DNA of 64,000 bases from the human T2T-CHM13v2.0 reference genome, Homo sapiens. The stretch is from assembly GCF_009914755.1 (NCBI RefSeq), contig NC_060935.1, one strand, 5' to 3'. Shown here piece by piece: positions 1 through 14,067 of the stretch. Position numbers and translations under genes: made by a program. Every line of letters starts with the position of its first letter. Within the stretch, counting starts at the first letter, position 1. The notes under the pieces were generated by a model, which saw only the letters and a list, made by a program, of their open reading frames with translations, was not told the DNA's origin and did not search any database.

Positions 1-714
1 CAAAATTAAATTTGGGAAGGGTAATTACAATTAAATACACTTTGTTCAATGAAAAAAGTAGTTAAACTGCAAACAACGCTGAATAGAAAACAGTAAAGCT
101 AAAAAAAATTCTGTGGCTGATGAGCAATTTATTTAGATAAGAGCAAAGCTTTCTGACTATAGAAATAAAGTTATTTTTAAATAAAATGTACTTTATAATG
201 TATTTGTTCTGTGCCTAATAGTCAAAAAACAGGGATTTAGTGACCTGCATTTGGCTAGTGTTAAAAAGACAGGAAAGCATTGCTCTAACTCTCAGATGTG
301 CTTATTTTCTAGTACAGTAGATAGATTAGAAACTCATGAAAATACTCTAATATATCCTGAGATTAAGATTGGGAAATGATGGGTAGAGCAGTAGAGCATG
401 AGGGGAACTTTTGAAAGATGACTGACTATGAAATAGTTGACTTCCACTTTTAAATATGGGTGGTTAGTGTTAACGTGCTAGGTGGTTGAGAAGATTGGCA
501 GGTACTTTTATATCCTTTTCTGGTAGTACCTTTGACTATGGGAAGTCCTCTCAGGTCTGGGTATTGGAAGAGCTTCTTTAATTTTGAAAATGTGATCAGT
601 AGTTAGAATTCTACCAAGGCCTGGGGGCAGTAGAGCAGACTGGATGAAGTTATAATGGTAATTATTAGAAACGGAAATCAGATATACGCAAGGGCACACA
701 TAGGCAAAAGGTCA

Positions 715-935
715 ATCACTTACTGAGTATATTGCCTGTGCCAGGATGGCTCCAAGTACTTCACATAAGTTAACTCCTTTACTTCTTACACTCATCCTAT
801 AGGATTAGACATTATTCTTATCTCCAATTTGCTATTTAAAAAATCCTGAAACCTAGAAAATGTAAGAAAATTACATAACTTTAAGTGCTAATAAGCACAG
901 GACAGTAGGATTCAAACCCAGGGAGCCTGCTTCTA
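715..935 (+). mobile_element. MIR (SINE) remnant
   Basis: MIR-core-like phrases: 'cacttactgagtatattgcctgtgccagg', 'attattcttatctccaattt', 'ggattcaaacccaggg'. Confidence 0.7.
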
Positions 936-999
936 AGATTTATATGTTTATTTTCCCCAGCTATGTTATAGTATCTCTCATAGAATATTACCATAAATA

Positions 1000-1107
1000 A
1001 TATATACAGAACTCATGTAAGGTATATATACACATAAATGTATACATATATATGTATGTATATAGCCCTATATATGTGTGTATATATATGGCCGTGTGTG
1101 TGTGTGT
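1000..1107. repeat. Degenerate (TA)n/(TG)n microsatellite
   Basis: tatatata/catatatatgtatgta/gtgtgtgtgtgtgt runs. Confidence 0.8.
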
Positions 1108-3154
1108 TCCATTCTTTAGAGTTCTAGGGGCTTGTCCAAGACAGACTGGACCCAGAGGCATGTTTTATATGCAGCTCTTATTAGCAGAATTGTCCTTGTA
1201 TATAAAGTATGTGAACAGAATTTGTTGTCTACAGTTTCCAAAAAAAACATTATCTTAAGGAGGTGTGTATTGTATCTGGGTTAATTGATGATGGGTCTCT
1301 GGAAGGGAGACACATTAGCTAATAAACACATAGCTGAAATTACATAATTTCATAATGTCAGTCTCTACTAGTGTCACTAAGGGTAGAATCCTGAGTCATC
1401 ATGTTTTAAAATTTAAATATTAACATCTTCAAGAGTTAACACTTATGCATGCTAGAATATTCAGATATTCTATAAGCTTAGTTAAGGATATACATTGAAA
1501 ATCTTTATATTTGTCCACGAGCTACAAGTTCTCCTACCCAGAAGGAGCCAGAATCACTAGTTTCTTATATGTAGGTTAATAGGCTACCAATTGTAGTGGG
1601 ACTCAGATAGTATGTGATTGTTTAGATTGATGAGGATATCTTGGAGAGGTATATACAAGGGATATTAAATGGATTTGAGAGACTGAAAGTAAATTTCACA
1701 GTTCTATTTGTTAATAGCTAGCATGGACAAATTACCTATGAAAAGTGTACAGAAAACCATTAAGAAATAGAAAAATGATTAAAAAGGACAGCTGTATTGG
1801 AAAGCAACAAGTTAGGAAGGAGAAATCTAGAAGATTAATACTGAGAAGAGCTGCCTGGGGTGACTGACAGCTTTAGCCTCACCATATCTGCCCTCTCTTT
1901 GAAACTAGTCAGAATTTCTCAAGCTTCTCCAAATGAGATCCTGAGTTAAGAAGAATTCTGTGTTTGTAATAAGGTGAGGTGGTTTGAACTGAAACTTAAT
2001 CACATTTAGGAAAGTCAAGTATCCCTTCTGGGAGAGATCAAGCAGATTATGAAATGATTTTAGAGAACTCATAACAAGTTTCTTCTAACTTTTACATCTA
2101 TATTTGGCCAAATAAAACACATGGAAAGAAAGTCCTGTTTTGGTCCCTGGGGCAAAAGACTTAAGAAATATTTCTAACTTCTGTTTAAATGATTCAGTTT
2201 CCAAGGCTCACTTCACCCACTAAAATGGCATTGGTGATCATAAAGAAATTTCTTCATGATACAGTGGAATCGCTTCTATTATTCTAGTAATAGTAATTTC
2301 TCTATTATTTACTAGTATACAGGAAATAACACAAGTTATGCCACAGAGTGTAGAACCTTGAGAAACATTAAATATTAAAAGCATAATTCTACTTTTTGAC
2401 ATCAGTGGAAATTACATTGGCCTCTCTGAAAAAAACTCCTCGATTGTGTCTCAAAGATGGAGCCTGAAAAAAACAACAAAAAAGCAACATCAATCCAAAA
2501 AAAATCAACCAAGTGTGAGAATTTATTGATTAGAAAAATAAAACAAACAAAAAAACAAAAAAAGATCAACATTAGCTGGGATGACATGTAACCTAGAGAG
2601 ACCAAGTCAATTCATGCAGACTTAAAATGTCAATACCTTCTTCAATTCCAGTAGCAAGTGGTTGCAACTTCTGGCTGAGGCAGTTTTCACTTCTATATAC
2701 CTGGCAATGGAACTTCCTTCATCAAATAAATGAATTTTTGCCCCAATGCCTTGTCATCAAAGCATCAATAATTGAGTAAACCATACCCTGTGAACTTGCT
2801 CATCACTTACATTGTTACCTTTCTCCTAAAGTAAAAAATCTACAGGGCACTAATCTCGTAGGACAGGAGCTTTGAAGGCAAGCATTTTCTAATTTTCCAG
2901 TGCCAGCAACTGAATTCACCCACATTTATATGATTTCTTAATTCATTCACATATAAAATAATATGTTGAAGCTCAGGAAACTCGTGGCAAAAAATATAAA
3001 AGAATCTATGGTTAATTTAGTGAATAACAAATGGTTTCAGAATGCTAGACACAAGAGCAGACACAGGTTTTATCTCAGCAAGACAGAAGATTGATAAAGG
3101 AAGGACTAAGGAAATACAAGATCTGGCCACAGGGCCATTTATGAATTGCAGAAC

Positions 3155-3550
3155 CCACATGTATTCGTTTGTCACGTCAATGGTTTCTGAGTACTTGCCA
3201 AGTACAAAGATAATTTAAAACAAGTGCATATTAGGAGCATTAGGGGAGATAAGAGAGGCACATAAATAATTATTAATGCATGATTTAAAAGTGATAAACT
3301 CTGTATGAGAGGTTTAGATCTTTGGTAGGGTTTTAGAAAAAGTATTGCTTCTGTTTCTGAGGATTGGAGAAAGGATCAGGAAAATTGTCATGAATGAAAG
3401 GCATGTGTACGGAACATTAAGGAATGATTTAGACATATCTAACTCAAACTGGAGAAGTGACATTCCAGACAGAGAGAATGCCATAAAAAAAAAATTGCAG
3501 CATGAGACTGTACGTAACACTGTGGTAAAGCTGACTAATTTGGTTTGAAA
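3155..3550. mobile_element. Probable L2 (LINE-2) remnant
   Basis: 'tattcgtttgtc...ctgagtacttgccaagtac' followed by purine-rich 'gacattccagacagagagaatgccata' typical of L2 3' fragments. Confidence 0.45.
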
Positions 3551-4315
3551 GCTAGGTGGGATTGTACTTATTTGTATTAACATCAGATGTAGAGGGATGA
3601 GTTCCTATCTTTTCCCTGATGATTTTAAGGAGTATATATGAGAAAAATATTAAATAGTAGCAGAGTTGAGGACATTATCATCTTTCTATCATGAAATAAT
3701 GTGTCAAAAGTTTCTTCTTAACTATGTTTGTAGTAAGTTTTTAATGTATCACTTTCTTTACAAAAAGTTCTCTTCTTTCCAGGGCTGTAGCATTTTATAA
3801 GACACACGAGGAATCATATAGCTGTAAAGACTATGCTAACTTTTTATTGCCATGCAAAATACATCAATGATTTATTGTTCTTTAAATAATTAGCATATTA
3901 ATATATAACATGTGAAGACTGAGCATCAGGCATGAATAGATTCATAATTTTTTGGTACCTCTTAAAGCTTCCATTGATTTTTGTCATTTAAAAAATTAAT
4001 TTAAAAAGTAGTATATTTTTATTGTAAAAAATGGGAAAATATGGAAAAGCAAAAAAGAAAATTAAAATTACTCAGTCTTTATACTAAAAGAGGAAATATG
4101 TATATTACTCTATTTACTTCCACCTAGTATTTCCGTGTACGTACACTTCTAAATTTTTGTCAGTGAAAAATACATATTGTATTATTTTAAGTCATATAAA
4201 ACACATATAAATTATATCACAAACATGTATCTATATTAAATATTTTATAATTACACAAATAGGTTTTATAGCCATGTGTGCTCTATCACATTTTAAATCA
4301 TTTAAAATTATACCT

Positions 4316-4665
4316 TGATATGGTTTGAATGTTTATGTTTCCCTAAAATGTATGTGTTTAAATTTTCACCCTCAAAGGGATAGTACTAGAAGATAAGGCC
4401 TCTGGGAAGTGAATAGGTCACTTTTGGATATGATTAGTGCCTTTCTAAAAAGACCTTTGAAATTGTGACAACTGCCCTTATATTAGAGGCCCAAGGGAGA
4501 CTTCTTTTCCTTCCACCATGTGAGGTTAGAGTGAGAAGACAAAGCTCTCACCAGATACCGAATCTGCTTGAACCTTGATCTTGGACTCTTCTGTCGCCAG
4601 AATTGTGAGAAATAAGCTACCTAGTCTACGATATTTTGTTATATCAGGCTAAATGAACTAAGATC
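4316..4665 (+). mobile_element. MaLR solo LTR (MLT1A/MST-like)
   Basis: Starts 'tgatatggtttgaatgttt', contains 'ccttgatcttggact', ends 'aactaaga'; flanked by near-identical 5-mers tacct/tacat. Confidence 0.85.
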
Positions 4666-6179
4666 TACATATTAAAAATAGTATATTTATATATTATATA
4701 AATTTAAAATATGTATTTGCAATTACCAAGAATCAACCTGTATTTTTTAACTTTGTTAATGAATCATAAACCATTTTTAATTTATGAACGAGATTATACT
4801 AGTGAAAATAAAGGACTTTTTGGCTTACTCACCTGAGGGTGGTGTCCTCCACTGGCATGCCCATAGGTGGCTTTATAGATGGGCACCATAGTTCCAAGCA
4901 TCATTCTCTGAACGTTGGTACAAAGTGTGTCCCCTGAGGCTCTCTGTATCTTTAAATGTTCATTAAAAAATATGACACGTATTGTTCCTCCTATTCTGGC
5001 AATCTGAAAACCTTGTGTGATTCACTCCGTCAGCTCTTCTGTTGGGTGATTCATAAATGTGCATGAGTCCAGCTTTATAGAAAGTTTCTGGAGCCATGGG
5101 AGTAGACACTTTTGTCTTGGTGAGAAAAAAGATCCAAGAGGGAGCATAAATTAGGTTTGGAAAGAATGAAGTCAGGAGGAGGATCAAAGTAGACTCTTCC
5201 CAGGCAAAAAAGCAAGGGCCCAGATAAGACCTCAGAGAGTTTGAGTGAGGAGGGCAGTTAGAAGGAGCACAAGATCTCATTAGAACAGAGATTCTGTTCC
5301 TACCAATGATCAGCTGGTCTTTACAATGTCTGGCAGATGCTCAGTAAATGGCCTCTGAACAGAATTGAATTTTAAGTTCCTTTGTATAATGCTTAAAAAT
5401 CTACTTTTGTTTTTACTTCATATTAATATCTTCCTGATTTAAAAGGTTATTTCTATTCCATTCCTGCCTCATGTGGCCATTTCCCTATTTCTCTTTGCTT
5501 CCAGTTCTTTACACTTTTAAGTGAATTTAAAGCCAGTCAATGATTTTCATAGAACTAATTGAAACTAACAATTCCCAGGTAATCCAGTTATTCAGTGGCA
5601 GTTAGTGACAGTACTCAGAATGGTTGTTACAATATTCAGATTTGTCTTTTGGTGGTAAGAACAGCCATGTCTCTTCTGAAGAAAGAAAAAAAAAATATTA
5701 GACGAGCTCAGCAGATGTAACCCACTGTATCTCCAAACACTTCTCTTGACGTTTAGCTGCAAAGGGCCAAGGAAAATAAAGCATTACAAGGGTGGTAATG
5801 GAATATGGTAATGGAATATAAAATATCAATTTAAGGTCAGTTGTATATCTACAAGTAGATTCAACTTTGTGACTGATGAGTAGGGAGGAAGCAATGAATT
5901 GGGTGTTTGGGTTCATTACTAGTATCTAGGCATTTTGTCAAGTTGTGTCGGTGGTTGACAATCGCTTCAGTTGCTATTTAGGTATTGCAATGTGTTAGCT
6001 TAAATTAAGTAGCCAAGAAATGCATAAGATTTAGGACCAGACACAGGAACACCTTTGAATTGTTATTTCAACATTAATGTGTATCATTAAGCAACTTTCA
6101 TAACATGTTTGGTTCTTAGCTTCTTCACCTGTCAAGTTAGGGAATCATTGCTAAATAATTTTTTAAAATATAAATAAAA

Positions 6180-6395
6180 ATAATAGCCAAAATGTATTGA
6201 ACATTATATACCAGATGCAGATTTAAGTGCTTTCACATGTGTTTGCTGATTTAAGCATATATTACTAATTTCTCCATTTTACAGATAAGGGAACTAAAAC
6301 AAAGAGAGACTAAGTAATTTAACCCAAGTTTATATGGGTGGAATACGGCAGACCTAGGGCTTGAATTTAAGCAATCTAGCTGCAGAGCCTGTACT
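6180..6395 (+). mobile_element. MIR remnant
   Basis: 'ccattttacagataagggaactaaaac' MIR core. Confidence 0.8.
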
Positions 6396-6447
6396 CTACT
6401 GTCTTTTACTGTGCAATACATCTCTCATTTGTGAAAGCTATGATACC

Positions 6448-6528
6448 GATGATGGAAAATAACGGCGATGCTGCTGATGGAAGATAATGATGATGTTGAT
6501 AATGGAAGTTGATAAGAACGCTGATGTT
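6448..6528. repeat. Degenerate (GAT)n low-complexity tract
   Basis: gatgatgg...gataatgatgatgttgataat. Confidence 0.6.
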
Positions 6529-8389
6529 AACTCAAGAAAATAACATTACTGACACCCTGACCTGGGAAAGTCGATTTTTCCTCCTAGCTACTTTAATGTA
6601 GCATTACTAACTAGTTTAGGATCTATAGATGGGATGTGTATGCAAATATAAAAGATTATTTCTGTATACTATGCATTATTGGTGAACTACTCTATGATTG
6701 TATACCACTTTAAAATAACTTTTAATTCTGTTTTTCCCTTAATTTTCACTCTTCAAGAAAGTCAACCGTCACAAAACCATAGTTTGTGTCACAGAATCCT
6801 TCCCAGAATCTCAGAATTGAAGATGAATATTAGATCCTCTCTGATGCGTTTCCTACCCCATCCCCACTCTCCTCAAAAGCTTGTTTTCTTATCAATTCAT
6901 TCTAGTCTGTTGTTGTTGTTTGCATTCTATGAAAAGAATTAACTGTCACAGAAGCATCCAATTTTATTAAATGTTTATAATCATTTCTTATTTTCTGATG
7001 AAATCTGCCTTTTTATAATTCAGCTATTGGTCCTAGGTCTCTATTTTAGAGCCAATTAGGAAACGCTATGTGACAGCTTCTCAGGAAGTGAGGAACATTA
7101 CATTTATTCCCATTTAACTTCCACTTTTGAATTTGACCCACAACTCCAGGCTGCCAGGGTCATAATTCTACCATCTTGTATATTCACGTTCTCCTACCTG
7201 TTTAACGTAATCTTGAAAGTTGATAAACATGTGATGTTCTCAATGTCTTTACCCATTTCTTGAGCCTAGAGAAACTTTCATTTCTGCTCTGCCCAAGCCA
7301 GACTACATTAAAAAGATAAATCAGCATGCGCTTATGTCTTGTCTGTGCCACAAATAAAAGAGAATTTCAGTTTCACGAATACGTCACCCTTTGGCATAAT
7401 TCATCCTATATGATTGTACTGAATTTGGCTCTTCTCCCTCTGTATGCCCACCTGCTTCATAGTTAGTGATCCTTGTCCACAGCTCATTGCCAGGGTGCCA
7501 GGGCACAGCACTAGGCTTAGAAGGCATAGGAGGACAGGGAATGGAAGAGAGGAGCCAGGGAAGGGGGATACTCTGATCTGGCCTGTGTCAGTTACACAGA
7601 AAATAACACATTTCATACACCAGTGATGGCAGCAAAGACAAATTTCACAGTATGTATTTGAATGTCACAGAGCTATAGAAAGAATGTGGCAAAGAGAAGC
7701 ACCCCATTTAGGCTCTATTCCTTTCTTGCTACTTTAAATTATACAACCCTTTCTGTAATGTTGGCTGTTAAAGCTGAAATACCACGTGCTATAAAACAAT
7801 CTTAATAGAACATACAAAGTGTCTTTTCTATGAAAACATAAGATTTTTTTTATTGAATTATGGTATAAGTTCTTCAGCCTAAGTTCCTTGGGAAGAAAAA
7901 TATATATCTTGGTGATATAAGTCTCCTGGAAACCATAAAGCTATCCAGGTACAATGTAAGAAACAGATAATTAAAAGGAGCAATTGGGAAGACTTTATTT
8001 GTTACTTTGAGAAATATGAAATGGCATTTTTCTCTAAATTCTTAAATGAAAATCGCTTACTTGACAAACTAAAGCCCACGTGAGAACTGTGAAGGGCATT
8101 TGGTATTTGTCCTGCATCCTACTAACATCAGCAATTTAGTTAAGTTATAACACGTTTCCTGTAGTGACACTAGCCAAAAAGTGCAAACTGACACAAAAAT
8201 GAGGCAGGGTTGGTTCATCATCTCAGATCTGCTCCAAGGATCAGTGAGACTGTATCTGGCAGGTGGAAACATGTATCACTGAAACTTAATGGTTAGAGAA
8301 AGTAAGGCAGACTCATTAGCATTTCTGGCTTAAGCTATTCATAGGATAAGAAAGCATGTTTGACCTTGCAGTAGGTAACATGAGGAAGC

Positions 8390-8575
8390 ACCAGGAATAT
8401 GAGTTTCAAGCCAGGCATCCTGGATATGAATCCTGTCTCTGCCTGCCAATGACTGTGATGTTTGCAAACTCATGTGATTTTTCTGAGCCTAAGGTATGAA
8501 ATGAGATAATAACCTCTACTTTACAAAATTGTAGTGAGGAGTAAATGCAACAATGTAGATATAGAACTGTGCTTG
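8390..8575 (-). mobile_element. MIR remnant
   Basis: 'tgaatcctgtctctgcc...tttctgagcct...aataacctctac'. Confidence 0.7.
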
Positions 8576-9929
8576 AACAGAGAATATTTTTAAATACAGT
8601 TTCCACCCCTCTCCTTTGATTTAATTTATTAAAAACAGGAAAAGCCGCTTTCATTTAAATCTTAGAAAAGTCTTCAAATCTGGATATCAGCATGAAATAT
8701 TTATAGCTGGAGTCTCAAGGAACAGATGCACACTTAGGTAATTCAGCTTGCCTTCTAGTCCGTCCTTGCAGTTGTCAAGAAGCAGCCATTGTAACTCCTG
8801 GTTTCGCATCTAACTTTCCTGGCGTCAACCCATTTTACAATTTTTATCCAGATGAAGTTTGACAATTACACTCTAGAATGATTCTACTTTGATCTCTTTC
8901 TATACTTTGAGTACACCCTTTTCCTCACACTCTTCTCAACTTGGGAAAGAAAGTAACCTGAAATTATCATCTGTAGGAAAACATTGAAGATTTAAAGCAA
9001 GAGACCCACCCATAATATTTGCGTTTTACAGAGGAAATTTAGAGATGACAATTTTGGCATGAAATGCTGGTTTTCCAATGGTGAAATTTCAGGCAGTTTC
9101 ACAAATTTATGCTGTGTCAGCCATTGCTTGAGTAGCCAGATGTTTTTATAAAATGGCCATTCATCATCACTCCATAACCAGATTGCCAAGTATGATCATA
9201 AGGAAAGAAAAGCAGAGTTAAGAAAGAAAATTAGAACTGTGGAGTATTCTAACTAATGCTTGGTAGAAATCTAGATCCTTTTCTTTTTTTTTTTTTTTAA
9301 ACAAAATTCACCTTTTGTTCAAGAACAAGTCCTTGGTACCTTAGTCTCTACCATTCTATTCGAGTAAATAAGCTTTATCTCCTATGATGTGAAAGGTAGT
9401 TTGAAGTACAGTCCTTAACCTAAGAGAAAGAAAGATCTTAGTCTTCTATTAGGAGCATATGAAGCCTATTGAAGTGTCTGAACACTTCCCATTTGCTGCT
9501 AAAGTAGCCCTGAAACAGAGCTGAATATTGCCATTCTCTTTTAATTGGGTAACCTTGCAAAGGTGAGAGCAGCTAAGAGCTAGCTGACCTCCTTGATATT
9601 GGTCAGTACCTGAAGAACTGGGCTGTGACTCTTGTCAATAACTGTAGGGAAGCCACAAAAACCATCAAGTAAAAGGTAGCTGACCTCCTATGGAGGGCAC
9701 TGTTTGCTGCTGAGGTGGATGTTACATTGTATAAAATTGTTTTGAATGTACAGGAAAAGCCACATACTCTATTTTCATTATCTTAGATTATAACCCTATG
9801 CAGAGCCCCTATTTTAGAGACTGGTAGGAATTCAATCTTTACTGTATTGAAGGGGGTTCTTTTCTGGAGTTTTATTAATATCTGAGGTCTCATGGGGCAC
9901 AAAGCAATTAAGCATGTCATATAGTCTAC

Positions 9930-10435
9930 CTGTGTCAGTGCTGGGAAGCTCATAGACCAAACCTTCAGGGACTCTTAAATCTGAAGGCTTTACAAGTGAC
10001 AGAAATCCAATCCAACCTATCTTAAACAAAAATAGTAACTATTTTTCACATTATTGAAAAGTCCTGGATAGTAGCCTGATCTTAGGACACAGCTAGATAA
10101 AGGTGCTCAAACAACGTTATGACCCTGTCTTTCATATCTGGATGAGTTTCATGCCCCATGGTGAAATGTTGGCTGCCTGCCATCCCAGGCACCCATCCTT
10201 ACATCCTGGTTCTTCTAGTGAATATAAAAGACCTCTGTAGCTCTTCAAAAAAAAAAAAAATGTGCCTTTAATTGGCTCTCACTGCACTAATTGGATTAAA
10301 CAGCAGTAATAGATAATTCTGTATGAACAACAGGAAGTGAAGGAGAGAGCAGTCTTTGATGGAAAGTCAAGAATGTTATCAGAAAAAAAAGGAAGAATGG
10401 ATGTTGGGCATGCAGAAACAACAGCATCTACCTGG
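9930..10435. mobile_element. Old MaLR LTR (MLT1J/K-like)
   Basis: 'caagtgacagaaatccaatccaacctatcttaaacaaaaa' and 'gctagataaaggtgctcaaacaa' resemble the MLT1J/K consensus. Confidence 0.55.
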
Positions 10436-10937
10436 ACACAGAAAGTGGGAGTCTTTACAAAGCTGGGAGCCCCATTTCTGAGTCCTGTCTCCTGAAGCAC
10501 ACTATTTAGCTATCTCCATCAATTCCAGCTCTGTCCTTTTTTGGGATGTTAAGAATGAGCAGCTAGAGCGTTCCGTGACTTATGGACTGTATCCTCCTCT
10601 AACCCTTGATCAATGTGGCGGAAAATATCTCTGTCATTCCTGAACCCCCCCCCCCGCAATCAAAACCACTGGATATTCCCCCCGCCACCACGCACACCGA
10701 TTCATAAATTCAATCTCATTGTTGAACTTCAGTCTCACAAAACACATGTGACAGTCAAGCAACTTTGTGTCTCAGGCCTGCACTTTAGAAACAGCCTGGC
10801 TATTTTTGGAAGAAGTAAAGGGGGAAATATAAGGAAGATTGCAAACAATATCTCAGTACATTCATTTTCCTACCACATTTGCCTATACTTATATTTTCCT
10901 TTTACTGGACCCACAGTAGGTCACACACTCAAAATGA

Positions 10938-11003
10938 ACTGGCTGAGTGATTTTATTCTTGCTGTCCTTCAGTCAGTTGCTTTTATATGGAATTTAGGGG
11001 CAG
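10938..11003 (+). repeat. Copy 1 of ~66-bp dispersed direct duplication
   Basis: ggctgagtgattttattcttgctgtccttcagtcagttgcttttatatggaatttaggggcag matches 12838-12905. Confidence 0.9.
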
Positions 11004-12837
11004 ACTAATACAGTTCAAAGGCATTAGAAGGAACTTTAGAGTATGTGGCCCATAAGAAAGCAATTAAAGTAAGACTGAATTTTCTGATTTACCTTCTCCA
11101 GTTTTGCTTCATAGATTTCTAGATTTTGATTTGGGTTCACCTAGTCCTGATTTCTCAAAATACAAGAAAACTGAAGCCTAAAGATATTGTGACTTGCTCA
11201 AGGAGTAAGAGGAATTATAACTTCCCCTTTCCAAAGGGCTTACTGTGATGCTAGGCACTGTAAAATGATACTTTTTGCTACTGAATCATCATAATAATCC
11301 CATGTAACATAGAAATAATAATCATGAAAATTAGAAATTTTAGGCACTCAACATGTAACTAATATGGTCCAGAACTGGGATTAAAATTTGTTTTACTTGT
11401 ACAACAAATTGAAGCTGGTTATCTGAAGCTCAGCATTACTGCTAGGATCTGTACCTAGGTCTCCTGAATATCAGCCCTGGGGGCTTTCCTCAGTGGTCCC
11501 AAGGAGATCAGACTCTCAGTGTTTTTAATTTCTGCTTCTCAGAGAAGTCCCCTTACTATTCACTTAGGGTGAGATACTAGGACAGATTACCTATTCTAGG
11601 TCCTCCACTCCCACTTCAGCATAGCTGCTCTGTCTTTTCATATCTGTAATAAAGGCAAGGCAAGTAAGCCTGTGTTTGAAGAAAGGTTTGGGGTTAAAAT
11701 TCTATGAAGATTCCTAGCTTTATGATCTCTAAGGGCACTTTTGGTTATGGCTTCCGATGGCTGGGTGGTTCCACTTGTAGACCACCTGGGCCCACCAAGC
11801 TCTTTTTCAATCACATAAGCCACTTTGATGCACTAGGTTTTGTTGCTCCTTGGCTTCATTCTTTCCTCTTAGCTTTGACACTGTGCATTTCAATGATGGC
11901 TTGTTCAGCATCCCAGCAATGACAAAAATGCATGACTCCACCAATTTTGTAAAGAATATAAGAGTATTTTGGCTTTGGTTCATCTGTTTTGCAGTTTTGT
12001 TTTACCTGTTGTAAAAAGAAACAGGATTCCAATTTTTCTATTGTGTTTATTATTTCAGATTTGTCACTGTGTTCTGTGCTAACAGAATACAAATGGCTGT
12101 GCCCTGAGGTAACTGAGGTCAATGGAAATGTTTCCTATGAAGTTAATACGAGAAATCAGATTCTGGGCCATAAGAAAGTTGGCCAAAACAAACAGTTCTG
12201 TTCTTGTACTATTTCCTTCTGTAGCATTTTCATTAGCTCCTCTGCAGCATCAATTATCACCTCCTAAGCAGATGACTCACCAGTCTATATTCTTGGAACT
12301 AATCCTTTCCAAACTCTAGCTCCACATGCTGCTTTAAAATTGATTTCTCAATGTGTTGAAAGACCCTTGACCTGGTGAAAGATGGACACATCATCTTTCC
12401 TCATCCTACATTAATTCCTTCTACTAAAAATGGCCATTATTTTCCTTCCCCCAACCTCTCCTTTCTTTGCAAGCCTGCCCCTTGCAATATCCAGGAATGG
12501 TGAACTTTTAACTACATTAGTCCTGATACCTGGGAAGATGCTTGCTAGGCCAGAATGGACACTGGACACATGTTGGGGAAACTGAATTCTGATTTCCAGG
12601 GATTTAAAACCACAATTCATAGACTGAGCCAATAAGGTTGTATTGGCCCCTCCATTTGTAAGTCCATACACAGATAGGAACAGAGTGGATTCCAGACAAA
12701 CAAAATTCATAGAGAAACAGAAATAAAAACTTTGTAAAGGAAGCTAATCTTCAACAGGAGAAGGGAGAAGACAATGAAAGAGAGAGAGAGATAAAAAATT
12801 TCTTTATGATTGTTTAGTTCCTAGGCAGATTAGCAAT

Positions 12838-12905
12838 ACTGGGCTGAATGATTTTATTCTTGCTGTTCTTCAGTCACTTGCTTTTATATAGAATTTAGGG
12901 GGCAG
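12838..12905 (+). repeat. Copy 2 of ~66-bp dispersed direct duplication
   Basis: gggctgaatgattttattcttgctgttcttcagtcacttgcttttatatagaatttagggggcag. Confidence 0.9.
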
Positions 12906-13321
12906 TCATTGGGCTTGTTGAAAGTTCTGTACGTGTTTTTGATTAATCATACTGTCTCTTGAATTTTTAAGTGGTATTTTATTCTTTACAACCAAATTAT
13001 CCCCAATTGAGGGATTGCTTTTCCTGAATTTTCCAATAATAATAATTACCAGAAGTAGATTACTGAATGATTATTGTCTCCCAGTTATGATACTACCTAG
13101 TGCTTTACCTTAACTTTCAATCTCAAAACATAAAATGAAATAAGGATTATATTCTTTGTACAGGTGATATAATGCAGTTAAGATAAATTGAGCTTCTTGT
13201 CCAAGGTAATTTAGAACTACATCTAACTTCAGAATTAGACATTTAGCCATCCTACAAATGTATCTCCTATTTCTGTTAGTGCTAGTTTTTATCATTCAGG
13301 CTCAAAAGCTGAGTCTCTATT

Positions 13322-13676
13322 CCTATTTATTTTTATTGATACATAATAAAGATTTCTGGGGTACATGTGATATTCTGACACATGCATACAGTGTGTAATA
13401 ATCATATCAGAGTATTTAGGGTATCCCTCACCTCAAATATGTTTCCTATCTTTGTGTGGAGAATATTTCAAAATCTTCTAGTTATTTTGAAATATACAGT
13501 AAATTATTGTTAACTATAGTCACTCTACTGTGCTGTGAAACACCAGAACTTATTCCTTCTACCTAACTGTATGTTTATATTCATTAACCAACCTCTCTTC
13601 ACCCTCCTATCCTTCCTAGCCTCTGAAAACTACTTTTATGAAATCAATGTTTTTAGCTTCCACGTATGAGTGAGAA
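13322..13676 (-). mobile_element. L1MA-type 3' end fragment
   Basis: 'gggtacatgtgatatt...tagttattttgaaatatacag...ttaactatagtcac...atgagtgaga' is L1MA 3'UTR antisense. Confidence 0.85.
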
Positions 13677-13758
13677 TTTGAGTGAAGCTGTAGTTTAACT
13701 TATTTATGTTTGATTGTTAGTATCCAATAAATTATCTGAATTCTGTCTTGAAATACTA

Positions 13759-14067
<309 letters not shown>

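Noticed and set aside
2460-2570. A-rich tracts suggesting a retrocopy tail
   Set aside because: No upstream recognisable gene sequence or TSD found; treated as low complexity.
9685-9705. Possible CTCF site (cctatggagggcact)
   Set aside because: Only the 3' half matches the CTCF core; too weak without ChIP data.
10938-11003. 66-bp duplicate as a snoRNA or miRNA pair
   Set aside because: No box C/D or H/ACA layout and no convincing hairpin.
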